Shown: piece after piece, positions 24,942-36,160 of the stretch | How positions within the stretch are numbered: position 1 is the first letter of the stretch | Layout: each line of letters begins with the position of its first letter | NCBI GenBank assembly: GCA_965644315.1 | Contig: CBFFRQ010000093.1 | Span: 186,001-250,000 of the forward strand | DNA: 64,000 nt | Direction of reading: 5' to 3' | Source of the DNA: Caecitellus pseudoparvulus | Lineage: Eukaryota; Protista; Bigyra: Bicosoecida | The notes under the pieces: generated by a model | What the model was told of the DNA's origin: nothing | Seen by the model: the letters and a program-made list of their open reading frames with translations, nothing else | Database searches by the model: none | Program-made: the position numbers and the translations under genes

Positions 24942-26440
24942 ATGGGCAACAAACACCCTCGGCCTTTGCGGCCCGGGGAGACCCCCCCGCCAGATGCGGT
25001 GCCTGGGCAGGGCGACAGCCCAGCACCTGCAGCAAGCTCCACCCCCGACGACAGCAAACACGGCACGCCGGCAGAGGCTGGGCCTGCAGAGACTGCGGGT
25101 GCGCCTGCAGGAGCACAGAAGGCGTGCCTGGATGACTTTGAGCTGCTGAAGACGGTGGGCAAGGGCAGCTTCGGGAAGGTGGTGCAGGTGAGGAGGGCCA
25201 GCAGGAAGCCTGCCGGCACGCCAGCCACCCAGCCCACCTCGTGCCTGCACAGGTGCGCAAGAAGGACGACGGCAAGATCTACGCCATGAAGATCTTGAAG
25301 AAGGAGATGATCCTGAAACGCAAGCAGTATGAGCACACCCTCTCGGAGCGCCGGGTGCTGGAAAACATCGACCACCCCTTCATTGTGTCACTGCGTTTTG
25401 CTTTCCAGTCTGAGCACAAGCTGTACATGGTGTTTGGTGCGCACGCGCGGAAAGCCCCAGGAATGCCTCGCAAGCCCTGCACAGCCACGACCTCTGCCTG
25501 CTCCCCTCCTGCAGATTTTTTCAACGGCGGCGAGCTGTACCACTACCTGTCAGAGGGCGGGCGCTTCGCTGAGGAGCGGGCGCGTTTTTACGCTGCGGAA
25601 TTGACATCAGCCCTGGGGTACCTGCACGCACGAGGCATCATTTACCGGGACCTGAAGCCCGAGAACCTGATCCTGGACCATCAGGGCCACATCCGCATCG
25701 CCGACTTTGGGCTGTCCAAGGAGGGTGTCGAGGGTGAGAGCGTCACGAGCATCTGCGGCACGCCCGAGTACTTGGCTCCCGAGATTCTGCGCCGGAAGCC
25801 GTACGGCGTGGGCGTGGACTGGTGGGCCCTGGGCACCCTGCTATACGAGATGATCGCGGGGCTGCCCCCCTTCTACGACCGCAACCGCCAAACCATGTAC
25901 CGCAAGATCCTGGAAGCCCCCCTGACACCCCCTGCCTGGATGTCCCCTGCCGCCGCCGACCTGTGCGCACACCTGCTGAACCGCGACCCCGCTCAGCGCT
26001 ACGGCAGCCAGGGCGTGGAGGCCATCAAGCAGCACGCCTTCTTCGCCGGCCTGGACTGGGATGCCCTGAACCGCAAGGAGCTGCCGCCACCCTGGACACC
26101 GGCCGTGGCGGGGGCGGAGGACACCTCCAACATCGCCAAAGAGTTCACCAGCGAGCCTGCAGGCGTGACGCCGTCCCCCGCAGGCATGAAGCTGCGAGAC
26201 GTCATGGGCAGCGGCGCCACGCCGCCGTCCTTTTCGGACTTCACCTTCACCCACGAGAGTGTCATCGACGGGCAGGTGTGGCAGGTGTCCTTCTCAGAGG
26301 AAGACGAGGCCGCCCTGGCAGGTGCCAGTGACGCCATTGACGCGGCTGTGGCCAGCTCCGCGGCAGCAGGGGGGCAGGGCGGCGGCGGCGGTGTGCAGGA
26401 GGTGCCACCGCCTGCCTTGCCGCCGACGAGCCACAAGTAG
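24942..26440 (+). CDS. AGC-family Ser/Thr kinase (Akt/SGK/S6K-like), putatively N-myristoylated, no PH domain
   Basis: Introns 25188-25252 and 25437-25514. MGNK N-terminus, GKGSFGKV, YAMKIL, YRDLKPEN, DFG, ICGTPEYLAPE, hydrophobic motif FSDFTF. Confidence 0.92.
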
Positions 26441-26690
26441 AGGGAGCGGTGAGGGGGCAGGGGGGGCGCGCGCAGTGCAGCCTTCAGTGAGTGCCATGTT
26501 TCAAACCTGCATGCTTCGCCACCCCCCCTCTGCCCCATGTGCGCTGCGGCGGATCGCTTATGTGAATGCAACACCGTCGTCTGACGCACGGCAGCGGAAC
26601 GCGGCCGAGTCGGACCCTGCCCACTGAACGCGAACCCCGCCCCAGGGGAGCCACGCCGGCATCGACTTCTCCTACGCCGTAGACATTGCC

Positions 26691-27680
26691 ATGTCTGTCA
26701 CAGCAAGCCCAGTGGTGCGTGCGGGAATGGCTGTGCCAGGGAACAGGCTGCGGAAATTGCTTGAGCAGTCACTCACGCTGCCCGCCTCCCCACAGGCCCT
26801 GGCAGTGGCGCGTGCCGCAGGCGCCCAGGCTGTCGCTGACACCATGGACTTCCTCACCGCTGCGCTGCCTGCAGAGGGCGGTGACATCATGGCTTTGCCT
26901 GAGGGTGCAGATGAAGGCGCCTGGGCAGTGGCGGCTGGCCGAGCAGCGGCTGCGTTGGCGCCGGAAACCTTCGACACTGAGCTCACTGCGGCACGAGCCG
27001 GCACCTTCACCCACACCGTGCTGGCACGTGCTCCTGGACTGAAGGCTGACCTTGCTCCGTACCTGGCCTTCCACACAGACGGGTCTGTGGCAGCGCGACC
27101 ATCTGGTGTGTGGAGGGGTGCCTCTCGCGGCACGAAACGCGCGCGGTCTGACGCCCCCGCCGTGGTGGGGGACGTGGACGTGTCCCAAGGCGCCGCTGCA
27201 GCGGCCCAAAGCGCCGTGCTGGCACACGGCGCCGTGGCAGCCCGGCCCACCGCCGCCCCTGCAGTTATCACCAAGGCCCACCGCAAGGCAGCACGAGGTG
27301 CAGCGCCAGACACCGCCGGCAAGGGCTGGTTCAACTTGGCAGCACCCGAGATGACTGCACAGGTCAAGGCGGATTTGGAGGTGCTGAAGAACCGGCGCGC
27401 CCTGGACCCTCGGCGTTTCTACAAGGGCAAGGAGGAAGCCAAATCCCGCAAGTACTTCGCCATTGGCACGGTGCAGGAGGGCTGGGCAGAGGGCGCGCCT
27501 GGGCGCATGACGCGCAAAGAACGCCAAGGCAGCCTGCTGGGAGAAGTGGTTGCCGACGCCCGCCTGGCAGCGTACGCCAAGCGCAAGTACGGCGAGCACC
27601 AAGATGCTGCTGCCAAGCGTGGAAAGGGCGCCGCCTTCAAACGCACCCAAGCTCGCCGCAGCTCCTGGCGGCGCAAGTGA
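26691..27680 (+). CDS. FCF2: Fcf2/DNTTIP2 pre-rRNA processing protein
   Basis: DTAGKGWFNLAAPEMTAQVKADLEVLKNRRALDPRRFYK...KYFAIGTV...RMTRKER...YAKRKY Fcf2 domain. Confidence 0.88.
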   Translation: MSVTASPVVRAGMAVPGNRLRKLLEQSLTLPASPQALAVARAAGAQAVADTMDFLTAALPAEGGDIMALPEGADEGAWAVAAGRAAAALAPETFDTELTAARAGTFTHTVLARAPGLKADLAPYLAFHTDGSVAARPSGVWRGASRGTKRARSDAPAVVGDVDVSQGAAAAAQSAVLAHGAVAARPTAAPAVITKAHRKAARGAAPDTAGKGWFNLAAPEMTAQVKADLEVLKNRRALDPRRFYKGKEEAKSRKYFAIGTVQEGWAEGAPGRMTRKERQGSLLGEVVADARLAAYAKRKYGEHQDAAAKRGKGAAFKRTQARRSSWRRK

Positions 27681-27708
27681 GCGCCCGCCCTGGCCAGCTG
27701 CAGACTGC

Positions 27709-27716
27709 AATGCATT
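27709..27716. terminator. Palindromic AATGCATT, candidate bidirectional 3'-end signal
   Basis: In the 42-nt gap between Fcf2 (stop 27680, +) and USP39 (stop 27723, -). Confidence 0.5.
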
Positions 27717-27722
27717 TGTCTC

Positions 27723-29735
27723 TCACGCCTCTGCCGTCGGCGCCGTGGGCAGCCAGCCTTTTCCCAGTGCTCGCGCCGTTTCGCCACGCGCCAACGCAGA
27801 ACGCCGCTTGGGGTCCCACGCCTGGCTGCGGTACACCATGAGGTTCGTTTCCGACACTGCAACCAGCTGGGGCAGTGTTTCTTGCACGTGCAAATCGTGC
27901 ACGGCGTACCACGTGTCGCTGGCGTCGTCGTGCACGTGTGCGCTGTAGTGGCCGGTGGTGAGGGGGTGCCCGCCACCCACCTGTGTGCGCTTGGCACGGC
28001 CACTGGCACCAGTGCCATCCTGTGCAGCCACTGCACTGACGTCAGGCGGTGTGGTGTGCACAACATTGGCTACAAGGTCGTACTTGGTGCACCAGCCCTC
28101 CCACGCCACCTGCAGGGCAGGCGGCACCAGGTCAGACCGCTCAGTTCCCGCCGCAACAACGCTGCTGCCACGAGGGTGCCAACACTTCAGGTGTGCGATG
28201 ATGGCCTTGGTGGGTGTGGCGGGGTCCATGATCTCCGCAGGTGTGAGCAGGGGGACGGGCGGTGACACCCGGGGCTGTGCGTGGGCGGAGGGGGGGGCGC
28301 CCTCCAACGAGGGGGGGGGTGGTCCGCTGGCTTCCGGCAGTGGCTGGCGCAGACACCCCTTCACCTCCAGGCCGCTCACTGGCAGCGACACGATGATGGG
28401 GTTCTTCTCGTGGAACCACTGGTTGCTCGTGAAACGCCGGCAGTGCAGCACCATGAACGGCGGCAGGCGGGCCAGGGTGTACCTGCGCGAGAGGCGGACG
28501 TCGCCTTTCACCTCGGACTGCCCAGCCTGGCCTGCGAACTTGCCCAGCAGCTGGAACAGCGGCACCTGCGGGATTACGCGACGCCCCGCTGCCGCGTCCT
28601 TGAACAACGGCGCGGGGGGCAGCTGCAGGCTGAGCAGCAGGCAGGGCACGTCTGCAATGGACGTTTCCGAGGCCTGCTGTGCTGCAAGGAGTGACGCGAT
28701 GTCCTCTGCACCTCCCCGCTTGGCAGCACTGGCCAGCAGGGCTTCCTCCTGCGCTGACGTCAAAACGGGCGTTTTCGTCGTGTGCACGCGCACAAGCCCG
28801 CCAAAGCACTCGTGCACAATGGACTGGGCGGGGCTACCAGACGGCAGCGGACGGGGCTTCATGCGTTTCCCGCCCACCTTCGGGTACGCCTTGGTCAGGT
28901 CGCGGTGCAGTGTGTTCAGGAGCCAGGTGAGGAAGTCCACGACCTCGGGTCGCTCACGCATTCCAAACCGCTGACTCGACGCCAGTGCCACCTCGTGCGC
29001 GAATTCATGCGGGGAAACGCTGGTCTTCAGGCCGGTGCGAGCCCACAGCCGCCGCAGCAGGCGGCCAAAGGCGCCCACGAGACTGCTCGTGCACCCCTCA
29101 TAGTTGGAGGGGAGCAGGAAATAGTCTCGGAAGGGCGTCACCCGGCACAGCGCGTGCACGACAGTGGTGAGGTAGTCCGTGGCACCCAAGTTGTTCACGC
29201 CCAGCAGGCCTGGGCGAAACGCACCACCGTGCATGGCCGTGGCTGTCACCGGCTGCAAGTCCAGGCTCTGCACCTCAGCGGGAGTGAACGACGGCCGCAG
29301 CGCGGTCTGGATGTCTCGCAGACTCGCATCCTTCACTTGGTACGCATCGGGCAGCACCCACACCTCCGCAGTCTCCAGGTGCATGAAGACGTGGTGGGAC
29401 GCTTGCACGGAGTGAGTGTAGGCGGGCGTGCGCTTGCCGCGCCCCTGGAAAAACTGCCCACACACCAGGCACACATAAACGTTGTTTGTGGCCGTCGTGA
29501 CACTGCACACGTGCTCCATGTCGAAGTCCAGGCACTCCCGGTGCACAGTGTCCAGGTACAGCGTGCTGCCTTCGCCGCTGGCAGGCGCAGCTGGCGCAGA
29601 TGCTGTCGCTGCTGCAGCAGGGGCTGAGTCCACAGCCGGGCCCGATGAGCCCTGATCTGCAATGGGTGCGTCTTCACCGCGTGGTCGCTTGGCAGCGCTG
29701 GTGGCAGCCCGACTGCCTTCAGCCGCCCGCTTCAT
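27723..29735 (-). CDS. USP39: U4/U6.U5 tri-snRNP protein USP39/Sad1 (pseudo-deubiquitinase)
   Basis: YLDTVHRECLDFDMEHVCSVT, ZnF-UBP NVYVCLVCGQFFQGRG...AYTHS...HHVF, GVNNLGATDY (Asp in place of the catalytic Cys, as in USP39), IPQVPL, EKNPIIV, KYDLVANVVH, HDLHVQETLPQ. ATG 29735 assumed. Confidence 0.93.
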   Translation of the reverse strand: MKRAAEGSRAATSAAKRPRGEDAPIADQGSSGPAVDSAPAAAATASAPAAPASGEGSTLYLDTVHRECLDFDMEHVCSVTTATNNVYVCLVCGQFFQGRGKRTPAYTHSVQASHHVFMHLETAEVWVLPDAYQVKDASLRDIQTALRPSFTPAEVQSLDLQPVTATAMHGGAFRPGLLGVNNLGATDYLTTVVHALCRVTPFRDYFLLPSNYEGCTSSLVGAFGRLLRRLWARTGLKTSVSPHEFAHEVALASSQRFGMRERPEVVDFLTWLLNTLHRDLTKAYPKVGGKRMKPRPLPSGSPAQSIVHECFGGLVRVHTTKTPVLTSAQEEALLASAAKRGGAEDIASLLAAQQASETSIADVPCLLLSLQLPPAPLFKDAAAGRRVIPQVPLFQLLGKFAGQAGQSEVKGDVRLSRRYTLARLPPFMVLHCRRFTSNQWFHEKNPIIVSLPVSGLEVKGCLRQPLPEASGPPPPSLEGAPPSAHAQPRVSPPVPLLTPAEIMDPATPTKAIIAHLKCWHPRGSSVVAAGTERSDLVPPALQVAWEGWCTKYDLVANVVHTTPPDVSAVAAQDGTGASGRAKRTQVGGGHPLTTGHYSAHVHDDASDTWYAVHDLHVQETLPQLVAVSETNLMVYRSQAWDPKRRSALARGETARALGKGWLPTAPTAEA

Positions 29736-30314
29736 GCCCAGACTGCGGAAGTTGCTCGAGAGCCACAGCCACGTCCACCACAGTCCAGCGGCACCCCTTT
29801 GTGCCCTGTTCAGCAAAACTATTGATGCTGGAGGGGATGAAGATGCACTGTAATCGATTAACTTTCCTTGAGGGCTGAATGTGGTCGGGGCGTGCCACTG
29901 CCGCCGAGAGCCGCCGCTGGCAGCAGCACACTCACACACTGCTCCTGACAAAGCTTGGAACCCCCCCCGCACACCCCCACCGAGCGCCCACACGCCAACC
30001 ACTGTGCCTGCACCCAGCATGAGAGCCAGGGCACTTCACGCGTACCCTCCCCTCGCCTTCCTGCCGGGTCCGCCCACGCCACTCGCACACACTGCACTCA
30101 CGCGCCCCAGCGCAACCCCACCCGGACATGGGCGAACTGTGTCCACCGACCACCTTCTCCCTCAGCCGGTACGCCGCGACTGGGGACACCCTGGTCTCCG
30201 TCCTGGTGCCTCCCACTTCCCCTTGAGCGCCTTCCGCCTGTGGCTGCCTCTCCCTCGGCAAGCCCTCTCAACCCACCCTTGTGAAACCCCGCACCTGCGC
30301 CACACACGCCCAAC

Positions 30315-30993
30315 ATGGCCGCCCGCAAGCCCAAGGTTGCCAACCCCAGCAGCCTCATCGAGTACCACCACCTTCGGTTCCTCATCATCGATGCTGTGAG
30401 TCTGCGTGCGAGGGTGCCCGCCCTGCCGTGCGTCCGGCCTGTCGTTTCCTGGACCGAGCCACGCTTTCATTGCACGCTTTCTGGTGTGGTGCCCCATCGC
30501 CTGAGGTGTGCCTTCCCACTGACGCCGCACTGCACGCCGCCCCCCCTGCTGCTCTGTACAGCCTACGGATGCTAACATTTCCGCCTATGTGGACGAGGTC
30601 AAGCGCAACAACGTCGTGACCGTCGTGCGGGCCTGCGAGCCAACCTACGACCCCGCCCCATTTACCGCAGCGGGCATCGCGGTGAAGAACATGGCGTTCC
30701 CCGACGGACAGCCGCCCACCGACAAAGTCGTGGACGCCTGGCTGGAGGAAGTCAAGACCTCCCTTGCCAAGGGCCGGAAGGACCCCAAGGCGACAATCGC
30801 AGTGCACTGCGTTGCCGGCCTGGGCCGTGCACCGGTGCTGGTGGCTGTGGCGCTGGTGGAGGAAGGCCTGCAGCCGCTGGAGGCAGTGGAGCTCATCCGC
30901 TCCAAGCGCCGTGGTGCCATCAACCAGTCCCAGCTCAAGTACCTGCAGCACGAGTACACCCCGCGAGGGGGCGGCTGCTGCACCATCCAGTGA
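30315..30993 (+). CDS. PTP4A: PRL/PTP4A prenylated protein tyrosine phosphatase
   Basis: Intron 30396-30561. RFLIIDAPTDAN, VVRACEPTY, FPDG, HCVAGLGRAPVLVA, RRGAIN, CaaX end CCTIQ. Confidence 0.95.
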
Positions 30994-31108
30994 AGGGCGC
31001 ACCGCCTGGCGCAATGCACTGTCACACGCCTCTGCACCACCATGCCTGCAGCGAGGCGAAGAGTGCGCACACGAACAAACAAGTGCATTGCGCTGCCGGC
31101 TGTGCGGT

Positions 31109-34100
31109 CTACTGCGCATCCCCCACCATGTACGCCAGTGACGTGGGGTCGTCGAATTCAATGTCCACGTTGGACAGCACCGGCACAGAGCCTGACGCAG
31201 CTGCAGCCACGGCAGCAGCCCCCGGCTCGCGCCCCGACGGCATGGGCAGGAAGGCCAGCCCGATGTCCTGGTTCACCGCATACGCGGCGCCTGGCTCCTG
31301 CAGCGCGCTGAGCGTGGTGGGGCTCAGGCTGCGACTGGGCAGGTCGTAGCCGTCGGCGGTCAAGATCTCCGCACAGCGCACGGTGACTGTGGAGGGCAGG
31401 GCCGGCCCACTGCCTGAGCGCGCCCTGGCATGGCCCGCCTCGGCGCCGGCAACCCTGCGCACCATGACGGCCTCGCCGGAGGTGAGGGGGGGGCACGCCA
31501 CCTCCTTCAAGGGGCCCCCCACTGCGCCCAGCCCGAACCCCATGAGGCGGGGCAGCGGCACTGGGAGGGCGGAAGCCAGGGGGGCGATGTCCCCCCCCTC
31601 CCCCGCATCCCCCAGCAGGGCGCGTGAGGGGGGCCCCTCACCCCCCGCCGCCGCCCCTTCCCCCGCTGCCATCCACAGCTGCCGGGCCTCCATCACGGTG
31701 GCTGCGGAGGCGATGGCAGCGCCGGTGGTGGTGAGGGCCACCCCGTCAGCCCCCACCATGCCGCCGAAGTCGAAGCCGCCCTCGAAGCGCACTTCGTCTG
31801 GGTGGGGCGTGGACAGCGCCATGTTGATGGCGGCAGCGGACGCCGCCACCACGACGCTGTTCTCAGTGGTTTCGTCCATGCGCCCCAGCACGAACAGCCG
31901 CGGGGCAGTGCCTGCCTCGGGCGCGCCCTCGCCCCCCTCCAGTCCGCCCTCGATCTCAAAGGGCTCGGGGGGCGTGGAGCCGCCGCCCTCGCCGTCGCTG
32001 GCATCCGCCGGGGGCAGCGCCTCGGACGGCTTCAGCTCGGACAGCACGTCGCCTGCTGGGGCCTGCCCGGCAGGGGGCGAGACGGGCGTGGCGGCGGGGG
32101 CGACGCCGACCCCCCCTTCACCCCCTTCGCCCTCCTCCACCGGTGCTGGGGCAGCCTTGGCCAGCAGCCCATCGCCCAGGGCGCCGCCTCCGCCTGCACT
32201 GGGGCGGCTGGTCATGTGGGACCGCAGCACTGGCGCCAGGCCTGCCGCGACGATGTTCATCATGCTGACGCCGAGGGCCCCCGCTCGGGCGGCGGATGAC
32301 TGCACGTCCATGAGGGCGCGAGAGGCGGTGATGGCCAACTCGAAGGGGGACACGGAGACGACGCTGGGCGGGGGAGGGGGGGGGCCTCCGGACACGAGCC
32401 CGCCCTCATCCCCGCCGCTGCCACCCCACTCGCTGCCTGACCCGCCGACAGCGCCCGAGCCCACCATGCCAGTGGCCATGGGGTCCAGGGCGCCGCCCAG
32501 CAGCCCCCCTCCCCCTCCACCGTGGGTGAGGGAGGACAGCGCGAGGGTGCCAAAGGCAGAGGCGACGCCCCCTGCGCCACCAGCGCCGACTCCACCCCGG
32601 CCCACCATGCCGCTGCCGCCCAGCGTGCGCAGGGAGCTGGAAGAGCCAAGGGAGCTGTCCAGGAGCAATTGCCCGGCAAAGAGGCCCGAGAGGGGCAGCG
32701 GTGCCGCCCGGGACGGCGTCGGTGGGCCCACTGCTCGGGGGCGCCCGGAGCTGCTCTCGCGCGCCGGTGGGGAGGAGTCCCCCCCCTCCCCTCCGATCGT
32801 CGCGTAGCCGTTCAGGTAGGAAGCGTAGGCATATGCATAGCCGGCATAGCCGCCACCGGCTGTCCCGCTGGAGCCGGAGGGCGCGCCTGCCCCAGATAGG
32901 GAGCGCTGCGGTGTCAGGGCGGAGTGGGGTGGCACCCCCTCCAGGCTCCCACTCCCCCCTGGCATGTGCAGATGGCTGGACGGCAGGGGTGTGGAGGAGG
33001 TGGAGGTGATGGGCCCACTGGCCGTCGTGGTGGATGCCGACGAGCCCACGGGGGCGTAGGGCATGACGGCGCTGAGGGAGTCTGAGCCGCCCCCCAGCCC
33101 GGCCAGCCCCCCCCCCCACCGAGCCAACGCTGAGCGGGAGGGGGGGGCGCGCTTGCTCACCGTAACGGCCGCATCCCCCACCCCCTCCTCCTCCGTGGAC
33201 ATCACCTCGGAGATGTACGCGTCCTGCTTGGCCAGCAGCTGCCCGTACAGCACCAGGCGCTGCTGGTGTGAGACGAGGTTGTAGTGCGCAGCTGACTCGA
33301 TGCCCCCCAGCCCCATGCCCAGCGTGAAGTCCACGCCGGCGCCCAGCTTACCCCCGATGGCCTGCCCCATGGCCCGGCCCAGGGCGGCGGCCTGCACCTC
33401 CTCCACGGCAGCAGGCGACAGCGGCTTGGCTGAGGGAGAGCGCGTGGGTGGCAGGGAGTCCTGCAGTCCCCACAGCGGGTTGTACGGCAACGCGGCGGCA
33501 CTGCCACCAGCGCCGCCGTCACCCCCCTTGCCACGCCGCCGCCGCCGCCGGCTGCTGCCGGAGCCGGAACCGGCGGTGGACGGCGCTGGTGCAGGGGCCG
33601 GTGCGGGTGTCGATGTGGAGGAATCTTTCTTCTTCTTCTTTCCGCCTCGGCGCTTGCGCTTGCCGCCGCCGCCGCCGCCGCTGTTACCGCCACTGGCACC
33701 AGCAGTGGAGGAGGGTGTACCAGCCTTGGTGCTGGCGGTGTCCTCAGCCCAGGGCAGGGGGAGGAGGCCGGGCAGGGTGTAGTGGGGGATGGGTCCGGCA
33801 GCAGGGGAGTCGGGGGAGGGTGAGGTGCCCCCCCCTGAGGAACCAGCTGCGCCGGGGATGGCTGTGCTGGCAGCCGCGACGGAGCCGAGGGCTGAGAGGG
33901 GGGCGGTGTCCCCCCCTCCCTCCGTGGATGTGGCCCCCTCCTCCGCCTTGGCATCCATGAGGACTTGCACGGGGAAGGGCAGCGGCACCACCACAGTCAC
34001 GGGCTGGTCGTGGCCAGGGGGGGGTGCATCGGGGTTCACGGGAGGAGGGGGATCATCCCCCTCCGCTGGGGGGGGCGCTGACCACGGCCACGCGCCCATC

Positions 34101-35995
34101 GGCACCGTGCACAGCAGCGGGCCCCGGACTGGCAGGCGCACCTGCACTGGTGTTGTGATGGTGGAAGGCGGGATGCCGCCGCCGCCACCCCCGGCAGTGC
34201 CGCCACCCCCGATCCCCGTCAGCAGCGCAGCGTCAGAGGTTGCAGCGGCGCTGGCGGAGCCAGTGCCAGCACCACCAGTGGCGGTGCCGCTGGACCTGCC
34301 TGTCCCCTCCGTGTCCGCTCCTGCCGAGGTGGAGGTGGTGTCTGGCGCCGGCAGGGCGGGCGGTGGCGCCACCGTCATGGACGTGGCTGGGTTGTGTGCA
34401 TCGAAGCCGATGCCCACGAGCAGGCTGCCCGTCATGCGAGGGGGGGAGGCCAGGGCGCCTGAGCCCCCCTCCCCTCCCGGCTTCACCATGGACACGCCCT
34501 CCCTACCTGTGACCAGTCGGATGTCCGCCAGGGCGGGGTCGTCGTGGCGCCAGCCCATGAGGCTCCAGCCAGCCAGGGCCCGGTCCAGCCCAGAGCCAGC
34601 GGCCACCACGGCAGCAGCGGCGGCGGCGGTGGCGGCGGGGTGTGAGCCTGGCACGGTGGGTGTAGCAGCGCCCGCCACGGCGGTGCCTGAGGGGGGTGGC
34701 AGGGGCGCGTCGCCTCCCCGCGCAAGCAGGCGCCCAGACAGGGACGCCAAGTCGGAGTTGTTGCCTGGCACCAGCAGCATCTTGCCCTTGGAGATGGAGA
34801 GGAGGCAGGGGCCCAGCGCGCCCGGGTGGCCGGTGTCCAGCCACGCTGCCCGGCGGTAGGCCCGGCCCAGGGACACGAGGAGGGAGGGCGAGGCCAGGGC
34901 AGAGGCCATCATGTTGCGCAGGGCGGCTGGGTCGGCGGTGGTGGTGGGCGGGGCGGGGCTGCCGTCGCCGCCCCCCGGCAAACCCGAGCGCAGGGCGGAG
35001 ATGAGAGAGGCCACCGCCACCTCCACGTACTTCTGGCCGAACACGGAACACATGACCTGTGTGCGCAGGGCCTCGTTCACGGCGGCGTCCATGGACATGA
35101 AGTCGCTGCCGCTCACCAAGTCGCTGGGGGAGGGGGGGTACCCGCCACTGCCAGCTGGCGGCGTGCCGGGCCCAGAGGGGGTGGGGGACCCCGACCCGTA
35201 CAGACCAGCTGCGCCGACGCCCAGGTCGGAGATGTTGATGTGCCCCATCAAGCGCTTGACGAGGTTCATGGCGTGCCCCATCAACGCGCCAGGGTGCATC
35301 AGCAGCAGGATGCCCGACGCCGTGACGCCGTCACACCCAGACAAGTCGATGCTGCGCAGTTTGTGGCAGTGCAGCGCCACATGGGCAATGCCCTCGTCTG
35401 TCACCAGTGGGTTTCGTGCCAGGGACAGGTGCTCCAGCGTGCCGCCCACGTGGGACGCCAGGATGCCGACTAAGGTGTTGTTCAGGAGGATGGAGGAGAG
35501 GTCCAAATACCGCAGTTGTGTCAGCCGAGACAAGCAGCTGGACAGTAGCAGCACGGCGGAGGGGCCTTGCTCGAAGCTGTGCAGGGAAAGGGGGCAGCAC
35601 ATGCGAGGGGGCGCTGCAGGAATCAGCCCCGCTGCGGCGAGGCCACGGCGTGGCAGGCAGTAGCAGCCACAGGCGCTGAAACGAGGCAGCGTACGCACGC
35701 TCGTTCAAGGCCCGCATAGCCCAGCGTGAGGGCATCCACGTCAGGACCCAACTTGGACAACTCCAACAAAAGAGTGCCTGTGCGGACAGCAGCAGGGTGG
35801 TGAGGGGAGGGGAGGGGTGTTCCCGCCCGTTGCCACGGCAGTGCCGCAGTCTGGCCATGCCACCTGCTGACAGCGCGACACACCTTCATCCACGCTGGCC
35901 TTCTCCCCTATAACCACGTGCTTCTTGTAGGGCAGGGAAGGACGGGGCCCTGCAGAGCCCCGCTTGGGCAGGACAAGGCTGCGAGGCGCTTCCAT
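31109..35995 (-). CDS. Protein with N-terminal cysteine-containing LRRs (FBXL/AMN1-like) and a ~1400-aa Gly/Ala/Ser/Pro low-complexity tail
   Basis: LRRs LRYLDLSS, LEHLSLARNPLVTDEGIAHVALHCHKLRSIDLSGCDGVT. Probable 5' exons from ATG 35995 joined by two introns; basic clusters KRKRRGGKKKKK and RRRRRR. Confidence 0.65.
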
Positions 35996-36160
35996 CCTGC
36001 ACGCGCTGGCACCGGTGTGGCGTTTCACCTCCGCCCTCACTGGCTTGCCGCCGCGTCAGTCCTGAGCGTGCCTCGAGCAGGGAACGCGCGAAAACGCCCA
36101 TGCAGTGTAAAGCTTGCGAGCACCGCGTGGCATGCACGTCGAGGGACCTGTGAGTGTGAA

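Noticed and set aside
29160-29210. USP domain lacking the catalytic Cys as evidence of pseudogenisation
   Set aside because: Asp at this position is the normal state of USP39/Sad1.
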